A stretch of 24,455 nucleotides of DNA from Verrucomicrobiota bacterium (GCA_049510745.1 JBEKYR010000062.1:1-24455), one strand, 5' to 3'; positions 9,669-19,594 are shown, counted from the stretch's first letter. Made by a program: numbers and translations. The notes: generated from the sequence alone by a model not told the origin.

Positions 9669-11150
9669 TTACTTTGCCCAAATATCGCCCTCCCCGTAGC
9701 TGAACCAGCGGGTCATGGTGACTTTTTGGCGGGTGAAGAATTGCACGCCTTCCTTGCCTTGCATGTGCAGATCGCCAAAGAACGATTCGTCCCAGCCGTT
9801 GAACGGGAACCACGCCATCGACGCCGGCACGCCAATGTTGATGCCCACCATGCCCGATTTGATGCGGTGCTTGAACTCGCGCGCCGCCTTGCCCGAACGG
9901 GTGAAGATCGAAGCGCCGTTGCCGAAGGGCGAGCGATTGGCCATTTCCATGGCCGCCTCCAATTCGCCAAACCGCATGACGTTGAGCACCGGCCCGAAAA
10001 TCTCCTCCCGCGCCACCGTCATGCCGCTTTGCACCTCGTCCAGCACGGTCGCGCCGAGAAAAAAACCGTCCGGCTCGCCGGGCACGCGGACGGAGCGGCC
10101 ATCGACGGCGATCTTGGCCCCCTCCTTCGCGCCCGCTTCGATCAATTGCTCGATGCGCTCGCGGTGCTGGCGGGTGATGACCGGCCCCATCTGCGGCTGC
10201 GCCTCACGATCGGTCGGCCCCACTTGGATGGCGCGCGCGGCTTGGACAATCGACGGGTAAACGTTTTTCGAGGCGTCGCCAATCACGACGGCGGTGGAAC
10301 CGGCCATGCACCGTTCGCCCGCGCAGCCGTAAGCGGCTTCGATCACGCCCCGCGTGGAATTTTCGACATCGGCATCGGGCATGATGAAGACGTAGTTCTT
10401 TGCGCCGCCGTTGGACTGGACCCGTTTGCCATGGCGGGTGGCGACTTCAAAAACATGCCGGGCCACGGGCGTGGAACCGACAAATGAGACGGCCTTGATC
10501 CGCGGATGGGTCAGCAGCGCATCGACGCACTCGCGCCCGCCATGAACGACGTTCAAGACTCCCTTGGGCAGGCCGGCCTCGGCCAGCAATTGCACGATAC
10601 GAATGGCCGTCAGCGGGACCTTCTCGCTCGGTTTGAGGACGAACGTGTTGCCGCAGGCCAGGGCGACGGGATACATCCAGAGCGGCACCATCGCCGGAAA
10701 ATTGAACGGCGTGATGCCGGCGCAGACGCCGAGCGGCTGGCGCAGAGTCTCGCAATCAATGCCGCGCGCGATGTTCTCCAGGCTCTCGCCCATCAGGAGC
10801 GAGGGGATGCCACAGGCGAATTCGACCATTTCGATGCCGCGCTTCACGTCGCCGCGCGATTCAGCCAGCGTCTTGCCGTGTTCGCGCGTGTTCAGGCGGA
10901 TGAGTTCCTCGAAGTGGCGTTCGAGCAGGACCTTGAAATTGAACAAGAGGCGGGCGCGCTCGACCGGCGGCGTTTCCGACCACGCGGGAAACGCGGCGGC
11001 GGCGGCTTGCGCCGCCTCATCGACGTGCGGCGCCGCGCAGGAGGGCGTTTCGGCAATGACCCCGCCTGTGGAAGGGTTGAAGACGGGCGTCGTCGCAAGG
11101 CCGGGCAGGGTGCGCCATTCCCCGCCAATATAAACCGGGCAGTTGTTCAT
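9669..11150 (-). CDS. mmsA: CoA-acylating (methyl)malonate-semialdehyde dehydrogenase
   Basis: ITPFNFPAMVPLWM, LKPSEKVP, SFVGSTPVA, GGAKN, YGCAGERCMA (catalytic Cys), EEIFGPV, GMVGINIGVP, FFGDLHMQG. Confidence 0.92.
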   Translation of the reverse strand: MNNCPVYIGGEWRTLPGLATTPVFNPSTGGVIAETPSCAAPHVDEAAQAAAAAFPAWSETPPVERARLLFNFKVLLERHFEELIRLNTREHGKTLAESRGDVKRGIEMVEFACGIPSLLMGESLENIARGIDCETLRQPLGVCAGITPFNFPAMVPLWMYPVALACGNTFVLKPSEKVPLTAIRIVQLLAEAGLPKGVLNVVHGGRECVDALLTHPRIKAVSFVGSTPVARHVFEVATRHGKRVQSNGGAKNYVFIMPDADVENSTRGVIEAAYGCAGERCMAGSTAVVIGDASKNVYPSIVQAARAIQVGPTDREAQPQMGPVITRQHRERIEQLIEAGAKEGAKIAVDGRSVRVPGEPDGFFLGATVLDEVQSGMTVAREEIFGPVLNVMRFGELEAAMEMANRSPFGNGASIFTRSGKAAREFKHRIKSGMVGINIGVPASMAWFPFNGWDESFFGDLHMQGKEGVQFFTRQKVTMTRWFSYGEGDIWAK

Positions 11151-11153
11151 TTC

Positions 11154-12281
11154 TCAGCCGCGGGAAAGAGCGTCGGATTGTTGCACAAAGGAATCGCCGC
11201 TCCACTCGCCGTCGGCGGTGACGACTTTCTTTTGGGCGGCGGATTTTTGGGCGGCTTTGCGCCGGGTCTGCTTTTGCACCAAATCCAGATGGGTGGTGAA
11301 GTAGGGCAGGGACTTTCCCCGGAAATCTGCCAGCGTGTTGAATTTGTGTTTCTCCATGAAGGCGAGCAATTCCTCCCGCATCGGCTTGACGCATTCGTAG
11401 CCGAATTTCATCACGCCGGTGCAGACCTGGACGGTGTCCGCGCCGACAAGTATAAATTGCGCCGCGTCGCCGCCCGTCTCGATGCCGCCGATGCCGGAAA
11501 GCGTCCGGCCCGGAAATTCCCGGCGCATCATCGTCGCGATCTCCATGACCATGCGCAAGGCGATGGGGCGGACGGCCTTGGAGGAGTAACCGCCCGGCGT
11601 GCTCAATCCTTCCACAGTCGGTTCCGGTCGCAGCGTTTCCAGATTGATGCCCATGACGCAGCGGATGGTGTTGATGGCGCTGATTCCGTGGCACCCGGCG
11701 CGCAACGCGGCCCGGCTGGGGTCTTCGATATGCGTGATATTGGGGGTCATCTTGGCCCAAACCGGCTTTTTGGCCGCCCCGACCACCCAGCGGCAGACTT
11801 CCTCCAGCACCTCGCAGTCCTGGCCCATGGCCGAGCCCATTTTGCGTTCGGGCAGGCCGTGCGGGCAGGAAAAATTGCACTCGAACCCATCGACTCCGGC
11901 GTCCTGGCAGCGCTCGACGATTTCGACCCAGGCGTCTTTGCGGTACTCCTCCATGATGGACGCGATGAGGACGCCGTCGGGAAACATGTCTTTGCACTTC
12001 TTGAACTCGTCGATCCAAATTTTAAAGGGCCGGTCGCTGATCAATTCGATGTTCTCCCAGCCAAGGACCTCGTGTCCGTCGTTGCCGATCAATTTGGCAT
12101 AGCGCGGTGTGACGTTGACCACTTTGGAGGCGTCCAGGCTGACGGTCTTGGCGATGACGGCGCCCCAGCCCTCCTTGAAGGCTTTGGCGATGACGTTCAA
12201 ATTGGTCCCCGGCGGGCCGGAGGCAATGACGAAAGGATTGGGCAGTTTCAGTCCGTCAACCGTGCTGGCGAGTGTCGGCAT
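11154..12281 (-). CDS. preA: Dihydropyrimidine dehydrogenase FMN subunit (PreA / plant PYD1-like, no C-terminal Fe-S domain)
   Basis: NPFVIASGPPGTN, GWGAVIAKTV, WENIELISDR, NFSCPHG (catalytic Cys), WAKMTPN, AINT, SGIGG, VQVCTG. No CxxCxxC ferredoxin motifs at the C-terminus. ATG 12281 (MPTLAS). Confidence 0.9.
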   Translation of the reverse strand: MPTLASTVDGLKLPNPFVIASGPPGTNLNVIAKAFKEGWGAVIAKTVSLDASKVVNVTPRYAKLIGNDGHEVLGWENIELISDRPFKIWIDEFKKCKDMFPDGVLIASIMEEYRKDAWVEIVERCQDAGVDGFECNFSCPHGLPERKMGSAMGQDCEVLEEVCRWVVGAAKKPVWAKMTPNITHIEDPSRAALRAGCHGISAINTIRCVMGINLETLRPEPTVEGLSTPGGYSSKAVRPIALRMVMEIATMMRREFPGRTLSGIGGIETGGDAAQFILVGADTVQVCTGVMKFGYECVKPMREELLAFMEKHKFNTLADFRGKSLPYFTTHLDLVQKQTRRKAAQKSAAQKKVVTADGEWSGDSFVQQSDALSRG

Positions 12282-12373
12282 AAGTTTGGCTTCCAATTTC
12301 CAATCAATCCGCCATTTTATCCCATCGGGCCGCGTCGCGCCAGCGCAAAATTCCGCCGCCGCGCCCGGATGTT

Positions 12374-12811
12374 ATGGATTTATTCCTGCAAGCGGCCATC
12401 GACGAAGCCAGAAAAGGGCTGGCCGGCGGCGGCATTCCCATCGGGTCCGTCCTGGTGTGCGACGGAAAAATCATTGGCCGCGGGCACAACCAGCGCGTGC
12501 AGCGCGCCAGCGTCATTCATCACGGCGAAATGAACTGCCTGGAAAACGCCGGACGGCAACGGGCGTCCGTCTATCGGAGGTGCGTCCTCTACACGACGCT
12601 CTCGCCGTGCCCGATGTGCAGCGGCGCGATTTTGCTCTATGGCATTCCGCGCGTGATGGTCGGAGAGAACGTCACGTTCATGGGCGCGGAGAGCTACCTG
12701 CGGGCCAACGGCGTGCAGGTCGAGGTGCTGCAAAACCAGGAGTGCGTCCAACTCATGCGCGAGTTCATCGCCAGGAATCCGCAGTTGTGGAATGAGGACA
12801 TCGGCGTGTAA
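12374..12811 (+). CDS. Zn-dependent cytosine/nucleoside deaminase (yeast Fcy1-like)
   Basis: GGIPIGSVL, GRGHNQRVQ, HGEMNCLENAG, TTLSPCPMCSGAI, GENVTF, WNEDIG. Confidence 0.9.
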   Translation: MDLFLQAAIDEARKGLAGGGIPIGSVLVCDGKIIGRGHNQRVQRASVIHHGEMNCLENAGRQRASVYRRCVLYTTLSPCPMCSGAILLYGIPRVMVGENVTFMGAESYLRANGVQVEVLQNQECVQLMREFIARNPQLWNEDIGV

Positions 12812-12829
12812 CCGGCGAAGGCGAATCAA

Positions 12830-13861
12830 ATGGAAAGACCCCTCAAACCCCCCGTTGATCCGGAATTGCAGCGGCGCATCCAGGATTTGATCGTTTACAA
12901 AGGCTGCGGCCACAACCAGGACCTGGTGGCCGACATCATTCTCAACGCCCTCAAATTGCTGACCGACGTGGAAGACCGCGGCGACGTGCGCGTGATCCGC
13001 ACCGCCGTCGGGGAATTGCGCTACGCCTTCCGCCTCTTCAAACCGTACGCGGACAAACGGAAGGTGACCATTTTCGGCTCCGCCCGCAGCAAGCTGGAGG
13101 AGCCGGAGTACCGGCAGGCGGCCGAGTTCGGCCGCAAGATGGCGGCGGAGGGCTGGATGATCATCACCGGCGCCGGGCCGGGCATCATGCGCGCCGGCCA
13201 CGAAGGGGCCGGCCTGGAAAACAGCTTCGGCGCCAGCATCCGGCTGCCCTGGGAAGAGGGCACCAACCCCATCATGCAGGGCGACAAAAAGCTCATCACG
13301 TTCAAATACTTTTTCACCCGCAAACTGACCTTCGTCCGCCACGCCGACGCCATCGCGTTGTTTCCGGGCGGATTCGGCACGATGGACGAAGGCTACGAGG
13401 CGCTGACCTTGATGCAAACGGGCAAGAGCCGCCTGCGGCCGCTGGTCTTGATCAATCCCCCCGGCTCGGCCTATTGGCGGACGTGGGACAAACACACCCG
13501 CGAACACCTCTTGCGCCAGGGGTTCATCAGCCAGGCGGACCTCAACCTTTTTTACATCACCGACAGCGCCGACGACGCTGTCAAACATATCACCCGGTTT
13601 TACCGCAATTACCACTCCATGCGCTCGGTGGCCGATCAACTGGTCATCCGCCTCAAGCACGCCCCCTCCCCCTCCGCCATCGAGGCCCTGAACGAGGACT
13701 TCGAGGACATCATCTCCGGGGAAAAAATCCATTCGACCGAGGCCACGCCCGCCGAACAGGACGAGGTTGGGACGTTGACCATGCCGCGCATCGCGTTCGG
13801 ATTCAACCGCAAGGATTACGGGCGGCTGCGCCATTTGATCAATGTGCTGAACACGTTGTGA
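12830..13861 (+). CDS. LOG family (TIGR00730-like) nucleotide phosphoribohydrolase, long form
   Basis: VTIFGSAR, ITGAGPGIM, FKYFFTRK, FPGGFGTMDE. Confidence 0.88.
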   Translation: MERPLKPPVDPELQRRIQDLIVYKGCGHNQDLVADIILNALKLLTDVEDRGDVRVIRTAVGELRYAFRLFKPYADKRKVTIFGSARSKLEEPEYRQAAEFGRKMAAEGWMIITGAGPGIMRAGHEGAGLENSFGASIRLPWEEGTNPIMQGDKKLITFKYFFTRKLTFVRHADAIALFPGGFGTMDEGYEALTLMQTGKSRLRPLVLINPPGSAYWRTWDKHTREHLLRQGFISQADLNLFYITDSADDAVKHITRFYRNYHSMRSVADQLVIRLKHAPSPSAIEALNEDFEDIISGEKIHSTEATPAEQDEVGTLTMPRIAFGFNRKDYGRLRHLINVLNTL

Positions 13862-13865
13862 ACGG

Positions 13866-14522
13866 ATGAAACGAAAGATCAAATTGGTCACCATCGACGG
13901 CGATGGCTGCCTGTTCGCCTACACCAACATCGGCAGCGCCTTTCATTCCAGTTGGGACGCCCTGGCCTTTGCCTACGGCCTCAAGGAAGTCTGGGATGAG
14001 CGCGGCAAGAAGTATTACCGGAGCGCCGCCGACAGCGGCCAGTGGGCGGAGGAGGACGCCGCCGACATGCGCGGACGCAGTCTCCAGCCGGCGGAGGCGG
14101 TGCTCTTTCCGATTCCTTACAGTCCCGGCGTCACGGAATTTCTCCGGGCCAGCCGGGGCAAGCTGCTGCGGGGGTTGCTCTCGGCCTGCATCGGCCTGGT
14201 CGGCAAGAAAGCGGCGGACGAAACGGGATTGGACTTCTGCTTTTGCAACACCCTGCACACCCGCGACGGCGTCTTCACCGGGACGCTCGACTACGCGGTG
14301 TCCACCTGGCACAAGCACCTGCTGCTGCCGGAAATCTGCCGCCGGCACGGCGTTCGTCCCGAAGAAATCTGCCACGTGGGCGACCACGAGAACGACATTC
14401 CCTGTTTTGAGCGGGTGGGCCTGGCCGTGGCCTACCGGCCCAAGACGCCGGAAGTGGCCCGGACGGCCAACCATAGTATTGACGATTTCGGCGAACTCGG
14501 TCGCATCCTCGGCCTGGCGTGA
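13866..14522 (+). CDS. HAD-superfamily hydrolase (phosphoserine-phosphatase-like)
   Basis: Motif I TIDGDGCL, FCNTL..DGVFTG, motif IV HVGDHENDI, GLAVAY. Confidence 0.82.
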   Translation: MKRKIKLVTIDGDGCLFAYTNIGSAFHSSWDALAFAYGLKEVWDERGKKYYRSAADSGQWAEEDAADMRGRSLQPAEAVLFPIPYSPGVTEFLRASRGKLLRGLLSACIGLVGKKAADETGLDFCFCNTLHTRDGVFTGTLDYAVSTWHKHLLLPEICRRHGVRPEEICHVGDHENDIPCFERVGLAVAYRPKTPEVARTANHSIDDFGELGRILGLA

Positions 14523-14600
14523 GGATCAGGCCGCGGTAACAGGCACCATTTGGTCAAAAGAGTAAAGGCATCGCCATGGATTTAGGCGAATTTAAAATTG

Positions 14601-14636
14601 AGACTCCCCGCATTGGTGCCGGAATGCGGGGAGTCT
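14601..14636. terminator. Perfect 14-bp inverted repeat, possible intrinsic terminator
   Basis: AGACTCCCCGCATT-ggtgccgg-AATGCGGGGAGTCT with AT-rich flanks, about 80 nt downstream of the HAD gene. No clean U-tract directly after the stem. Confidence 0.55.
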
Positions 14637-14834
14637 AAATTCATATTTTTCCTTTGTCGAGAAAAATGTGGAATCCGGGTGGGCCGGCCGACCACGGCTG
14701 GCTCGTGAAACCTTTTAGGGAACCCCCGGACGCGCGGCATCGCGTCCCTGCTAAAAACTGCGATGCGCGCCAGGACGATCGGGAAGCGAGTCGCCTCTTT
14801 ACTCAGGAGCCAAACACCGGCATAATCCGGTTCC

Positions 14835-17177
14835 ATGCAAACACGCTCCTTGCTTCTTTCGCTGGTCCTGTCAGCCGGGTGTCTCGCAGTTTCGACGGCA
14901 GCGCCCGTCGCCGTCGTCTCCGCGCATAAAAATTCCGGCGGTGTAACACTGCAAATGCATGAGGGCGCGTTGCGGCTGGAAGTATTTTCGCCGCGCGTGA
15001 TTCGGGTGACCTATGGTTTGGACCATTCCTTGCCGCCGGACAAGAGTCTGGCGGTCATCGGCAAACCGGAACGCGCGCATTGGAAACTGGTGGAAGCAGC
15101 CGATGAAATTTCCCTGCGCACCGACGCCATCGAAGCCCGCGTCAATCGCGCCAGCGGCGCCATCGGTTTTTTTGACAAGAACGGAATCCTGTTGCTCGCG
15201 GAAAAATCCGGGGGCGGAAGATCCTTGACGCCCGCGCGGGTGGGCGGGATTGACACGCTCCAGAGCCGCCAGGAATTCGCGCTGGCGCCGGACGAGGCGA
15301 TTTACGGACTGGGCCAGCATGCGCAGGGGTTGATGAATTATCGCGGCGCGAGTGTTCATTTGATGCAAAAAAATCCGACCGAAAGCGCCGTTCCGGTTTT
15401 GCTTTCCAGCCGCGGCTACGGCGTGCTGTGGGACAATCCGGCGGTGACCGACGTGAATGTCGGCAAAATGGATCCATCCAGCCTGACATGGACTTCGGAA
15501 GCGGCGGAGGCAATTGATTATTATTTCATGTTCGGCCCGGAATTGGACGGGGTGATTGCCGATTATCGCGCCTTGACCGGCGCGGCGCCGATGTTCGGCA
15601 AATGGGCCTGGGGCTTCTGGCAATGCCGCGAGCGTTATGCCTCGCAACAGGAACTGCTCGAGGTGGCCGGCTGGTATCGCGGGCATCACGTTCCACTCGA
15701 CGGCGTGATTCAGGACTGGCAATACTGGACGCCCAATCCGTGGGGTTCGCACAAATTCGACACCAACCGCTACCCCGATCCGGCGCAAATGATGCGGCAA
15801 TTGCACGCCGAAAATGTTCATGCGATTATTTCCGTCTGGCCGAAGTTCGACGTGGATAGTCCGAACGCGAATGAATTGCGCGCGGCGGGCGCGCTCTATC
15901 CGCAGGTCATTCCTTACGTCTTTCCCAAAGGCCAAGGCCAGTGGTATGACCCTTTCAATCCAACGGCGCGCGCAATTTACTGGCAGCAGATTTCGCGGGA
16001 ACTTTTTTCCGACGGCCTTGACGGCTGGTGGCTCGACGCGAGCGAGGCGGAATTGAGCGGGAAATGGGGCGAATTCCGCAACTTCAAAACCGCGGCCGGC
16101 GCGGGCGCGAAGGTTTTCAATGCCTATCCCCTGATGCAGACGACCTCGATCTATTCCGGCCAGCGGGCGGACAACCCGGACAAACGCGTCTTCATTCTCA
16201 CCCGTTCCGCTTACGCGGGCCAACAGCGCAATTCGGCCGTCACATGGTCGGGCGACATTCGCGGCACCTGGACGGTGTTCGCCAGGCAGATTCCGGCGGG
16301 ACTCAATTTTTCCCTGAGCGGCATTCCGTATTGGAACACCGACACCGGGGGATTTTTCGGCGGCGATCCCGCCGACGCCGCCTACTCCGAACTGTTCACG
16401 CGTTGGTTTCAATTCAGCGCGTTCTGTCCGATGTTCCGCGTGCATGGAAGCGGCAAGCCCAAGGAAATCTGGCGTTTCGACGACGGCACGCAAAAAATCC
16501 TGATCAACTACGATCACTTGCGCTATCATTTGCTGCCGTACATTTATTCCGTCGCCTGGAAGGTCACGAGCGAGGGCTCTTCAATGATGCGCGGGCTGGC
16601 GATGGATTTTCGCGCCGACACCAACGTCTTCAACATCGCCGATCAATATCTTTTTGGCCCGGCGCTGATGGTCAACCCGGTCACAAAACCCGAGGCGGCG
16701 GCGCGCGCGGTTTATCTTCCGGCGGGGGCGAATTGGATTGATTTCTGGACGGGCAAAAATTATTCCGGCGGACAAACCATCGAGGCGGCGTCGCCGATTG
16801 AAACGATGCCGCTGTTGGCGCGCGCCGGCTCGATTATTCCCTACGGCCCCGCGATGGAATGGGCGATGGAAAAAAGCGATCCGGTTGAACTGCGCATTTA
16901 TCGCGGAGCGGACGGACATTTCACGCTCTACGAAGACGAAGGCGACAATTACAATTACGAAAAAGGCGCCCGCGCGACGATCCCGATTTCCTGGGACGAC
17001 GCCAAACAGACGCTGAAAATTGGAAAGCGCGCCGGCAAGTTTCCGGGCATGTTGAAGGAACGGACGTTTCGACTCGTCTGGGTTTCGCCGGGTCATGGCG
17101 TGGGTGTTCCGTCAACGCCAACACCTGATCGGGTGGTCACTTACACCGGAAGCGCCCTGCAAGTTTCCGCCCCGTGA
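14835..17177 (+). CDS. Secreted glycoside hydrolase family 31 (alpha-xylosidase-like) with C-terminal DUF5110-type domain
   Basis: Signal peptide; YGLGQH, VIQDWQYW, GWWLDASEAE (nucleophile), WSGDI (acid/base), WNTDTGGF, RWFQFSAFCPMFRVHG, LYEDEGDNYNYEKG. Confidence 0.92.
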   Translation: MQTRSLLLSLVLSAGCLAVSTAAPVAVVSAHKNSGGVTLQMHEGALRLEVFSPRVIRVTYGLDHSLPPDKSLAVIGKPERAHWKLVEAADEISLRTDAIEARVNRASGAIGFFDKNGILLLAEKSGGGRSLTPARVGGIDTLQSRQEFALAPDEAIYGLGQHAQGLMNYRGASVHLMQKNPTESAVPVLLSSRGYGVLWDNPAVTDVNVGKMDPSSLTWTSEAAEAIDYYFMFGPELDGVIADYRALTGAAPMFGKWAWGFWQCRERYASQQELLEVAGWYRGHHVPLDGVIQDWQYWTPNPWGSHKFDTNRYPDPAQMMRQLHAENVHAIISVWPKFDVDSPNANELRAAGALYPQVIPYVFPKGQGQWYDPFNPTARAIYWQQISRELFSDGLDGWWLDASEAELSGKWGEFRNFKTAAGAGAKVFNAYPLMQTTSIYSGQRADNPDKRVFILTRSAYAGQQRNSAVTWSGDIRGTWTVFARQIPAGLNFSLSGIPYWNTDTGGFFGGDPADAAYSELFTRWFQFSAFCPMFRVHGSGKPKEIWRFDDGTQKILINYDHLRYHLLPYIYSVAWKVTSEGSSMMRGLAMDFRADTNVFNIADQYLFGPALMVNPVTKPEAAARAVYLPAGANWIDFWTGKNYSGGQTIEAASPIETMPLLARAGSIIPYGPAMEWAMEKSDPVELRIYRGADGHFTLYEDEGDNYNYEKGARATIPISWDDAKQTLKIGKRAGKFPGMLKERTFRLVWVSPGHGVGVPSTPTPDRVVTYTGSALQVSAP

Positions 17178-17218
17178 CGGTGACTTGGCATCCGCCGCCG
17201 CGTGGAGGCTGATTTCGC

Positions 17219-18352
17219 CTACTCGTTCACATGAACCACCTTGGCGGGGGCGAAGCCGTTGAACCAGGTGGCCGAGGCGTTGCTGTAGGCCCCAATGGCT
17301 TCGCAATACACCAGGTCGTCCAATTGCAGATCAGGCAAATCTTCGGAGAGCGAGATGGTATCCAGGGCGTCGCAGGTCTGGCCGAAGACGGCGCAGATTT
17401 CGGGCTGGCCCCGCTTGAAGGCTTTGAGGTGGTACTGGCAATGATCGAAGATGATGCCCGAAAAAGTGTGGTAAACCCCGTCGTCAATGTAATAGCAGGT
17501 CTTGCCGTCGCGGCGGGCTTTGCCGATGACCTTGGCGATGGAGGTGGCCGCCGAAGCGACCACGAACCGGCCCGGCTCGGCGATGATGTCGGTGTCCTTG
17601 GAAAAGAGGCGGTCGATCTCGGCGTTGATTTTCCGGGCGAGGACCTGGATGGGTTCCACGTCGCGATGATAAGGGGCGGGGAACCCGCCGCCGATGTCGA
17701 GAATCTTGATCTTGTGGCCGCGCGCCTCGGCCTCCTGCATCACGCTGGCCGAGATGTTGAGCGCCTGGACGAAGTTCTCGAAATTCATGCACTGGCTGCC
17801 GACATGGAAGCTCAGTCCCTCCACCACCAATCCGAGGTCGAAGGCGGCCTGAATCAGCGTCACGGCTTCGCTGGGGTCGGCCCCGAATTTGGACGACAGT
17901 TCGACGACCGAGCCGGTGTTGGGCACGCGCACGCGCAGCACCACGCCGGCGTGCGGGGCGAACCGCTTGATTTTGTTCAGCTCGTTGAGGTTGTCGAAAG
18001 TGACCAGCGGCTTGTATTGATCGAGGGCCTCAAGGGTTTCGCGAGGCTTGGTCGGATTGGCGTAAATGATTTTGTCCCAGATGAAATCCTGCTGCTCTTT
18101 GGCGGGCAGTTCCTTGATGTTCTCGTACACCAGCCTGAATTCCGCCAGCGAGGCCACATCGAAGCTCGCTCCGATCTTATAGAGGCTGCGGACGATGGCC
18201 GGGTCGGGGTTGGCCTTGACGGCGTAATAGGCCTGGACGCGGGGCAGGTGTTGGTGGAAGGCCTTGTAGTTGGCGCGAACGACGTTGTGGTCGATCACCA
18301 CCACCGGCGTGCCCTCTTTGCGGGCGATCTGCTGTAATTGCCTCTTGGTCAT
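17219..18352 (-). CDS. Fold-type III PLP ornithine/lysine decarboxylase
   Basis: YYAVKAN (PLP Lys), FDVAS, SKFGA, SFHVGSQ, LDIGGGF, IAEPGR, GQTCD, GAYS. Confidence 0.92.
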   Translation of the reverse strand: MTKRQLQQIARKEGTPVVVIDHNVVRANYKAFHQHLPRVQAYYAVKANPDPAIVRSLYKIGASFDVASLAEFRLVYENIKELPAKEQQDFIWDKIIYANPTKPRETLEALDQYKPLVTFDNLNELNKIKRFAPHAGVVLRVRVPNTGSVVELSSKFGADPSEAVTLIQAAFDLGLVVEGLSFHVGSQCMNFENFVQALNISASVMQEAEARGHKIKILDIGGGFPAPYHRDVEPIQVLARKINAEIDRLFSKDTDIIAEPGRFVVASAATSIAKVIGKARRDGKTCYYIDDGVYHTFSGIIFDHCQYHLKAFKRGQPEICAVFGQTCDALDTISLSEDLPDLQLDDLVYCEAIGAYSNASATWFNGFAPAKVVHVNE

Positions 18353-18356
18353 TCTC

Positions 18357-19559
18357 CTAGATCGCCGGCTCGGACCCGTCGATCATTTTGACCTTGTTGT
18401 GGGCGAAATACTCTTTTGTCAAGGCCTTGACCAACTGGGGCCGCTTGTCATAGAGGCGCTTGAGAGGGCGCTTGGCGTGGCGGGCCAGCGCGTAATGAGT
18501 GAGGATCGGCAGGGCGATACTGGTGTCGGTGTAGCAGACCACCGCATCCGGCAAACGATCCGGGTCCACCTTGCCCCAACTGACCGCCTCGCTGGGCGTG
18601 GCGCCGGAAAGGCCGCCGGTGTCCGGGCGGGCGTCGGTGATCTGGAAGAAATAATCCTGGCCGTATTCCCTCATGCGCAGGACTTCCTGAATCTGCGGCT
18701 CAGTTTGGAGCATGAAGTTCTTGGGACTGCCGCCGCCCATGAGCATGACGCCGCTCTTGCCGCCGGCCCGCTTGGCTCCGAGGACAATGGCGGTGGTTTC
18801 GTTGACATCGATGGACGGATTCATCCGCAGCTTGTTGCCGCGCAGCTCCACGCCGGCCACGTTCATACCGATGGTCGAATCGCCGGGCGATGAGGTGTAG
18901 CAGGGGACGCCGGCGCGATAGGCGGCCGCCAGCACGGAGACATCCTTCAGGCCGGCCTTGCGCTCCCATTCGGCGGCGTAGCGGCCAATGAGGTGGTGCA
19001 ATTCCGCGGTGCCCATCTCCTTCTGAAATTCAGGCTGGATAAGAATGCCGCGGAGAATTTCGTCCGTGGCCATCAGGCAGTCGCTGTAGCCCAAAAGCAC
19101 GTCATACACGCGGACGATGTCGTTGGTGCGCAAATCGGTGTCATCAAAGAGGTGGCTGCCGACGTGGACGGGGAAATTCAGGGCGAAGTGCAGATCGTGA
19201 TAGAGAATGGCCCCGGTGCTCACGATCCAGTCCACGAATCCGGCTTTGATCAACGGGACAATGGCGGAGCAGCCCAGGCCGGCCGGGGTCAACGCGCCCG
19301 ACAAACTCATGCCCAGGGTCACATCCGGTTCGAGCATCCGCTCGGTGTACAAGCGGCACACCTCGCGCAACCGGGCGGAATTGTAGGCCAGGAAGCAATC
19401 ATCCATCAGGTCCGGGAACTTTTCCTTCCCGGTGATGCCCTTGGGCATGATGCGCTTGCCGGCCAGGTACTTTTCCCGGTGCGGGCATTTCTTTTTCAGC
19501 AACCAATCCGGCGCCTCGGTCAAATCTTCGCGGTGACGGCTTGTTCTCTTCGTGCTCAT
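18357..19559 (-). CDS. speY: Deoxyhypusine-synthase-like homospermidine biosynthesis protein
   Basis: [36 protein letters not shown] (active Lys), [26 protein letters not shown] 19559 (MSTKR). Confidence 0.85.
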   Translation of the reverse strand: MSTKRTSRHREDLTEAPDWLLKKKCPHREKYLAGKRIMPKGITGKEKFPDLMDDCFLAYNSARLREVCRLYTERMLEPDVTLGMSLSGALTPAGLGCSAIVPLIKAGFVDWIVSTGAILYHDLHFALNFPVHVGSHLFDDTDLRTNDIVRVYDVLLGYSDCLMATDEILRGILIQPEFQKEMGTAELHHLIGRYAAEWERKAGLKDVSVLAAAYRAGVPCYTSSPGDSTIGMNVAGVELRGNKLRMNPSIDVNETTAIVLGAKRAGGKSGVMLMGGGSPKNFMLQTEPQIQEVLRMREYGQDYFFQITDARPDTGGLSGATPSEAVSWGKVDPDRLPDAVVCYTDTSIALPILTHYALARHAKRPLKRLYDKRPQLVKALTKEYFAHNKVKMIDGSEPAI

Positions 19560-19594
19560 AAATTTCAATGCAATCAATTTCCTAAAGTGCGCGC

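Noticed and set aside
11154..12281. Dihydroorotate dehydrogenase (pyrD) assignment
   Set aside because: The ASGPP, NIELISDR and SCPHG(L/M)PER motifs and the mmsA/deaminase context fit dihydropyrimidine dehydrogenase better.
10506..13894. Long ORFs 10506-12533 (+) and 12380-13894 (-)
   Set aside because: Antisense shadows of mmsA/preA and of the deaminase/LOG genes.
14640..14834. Known riboswitch (c-di-GMP, guanidine, ZTP, c-di-AMP, SAM)
   Set aside because: Only fragments such as GGGACGC and GGGTTCC match; I could not build any full consensus.
14871..18337. ORFs 14871-16529 (-) and 17231-18337 (+)
   Set aside because: Antisense to GH31 and the decarboxylase.
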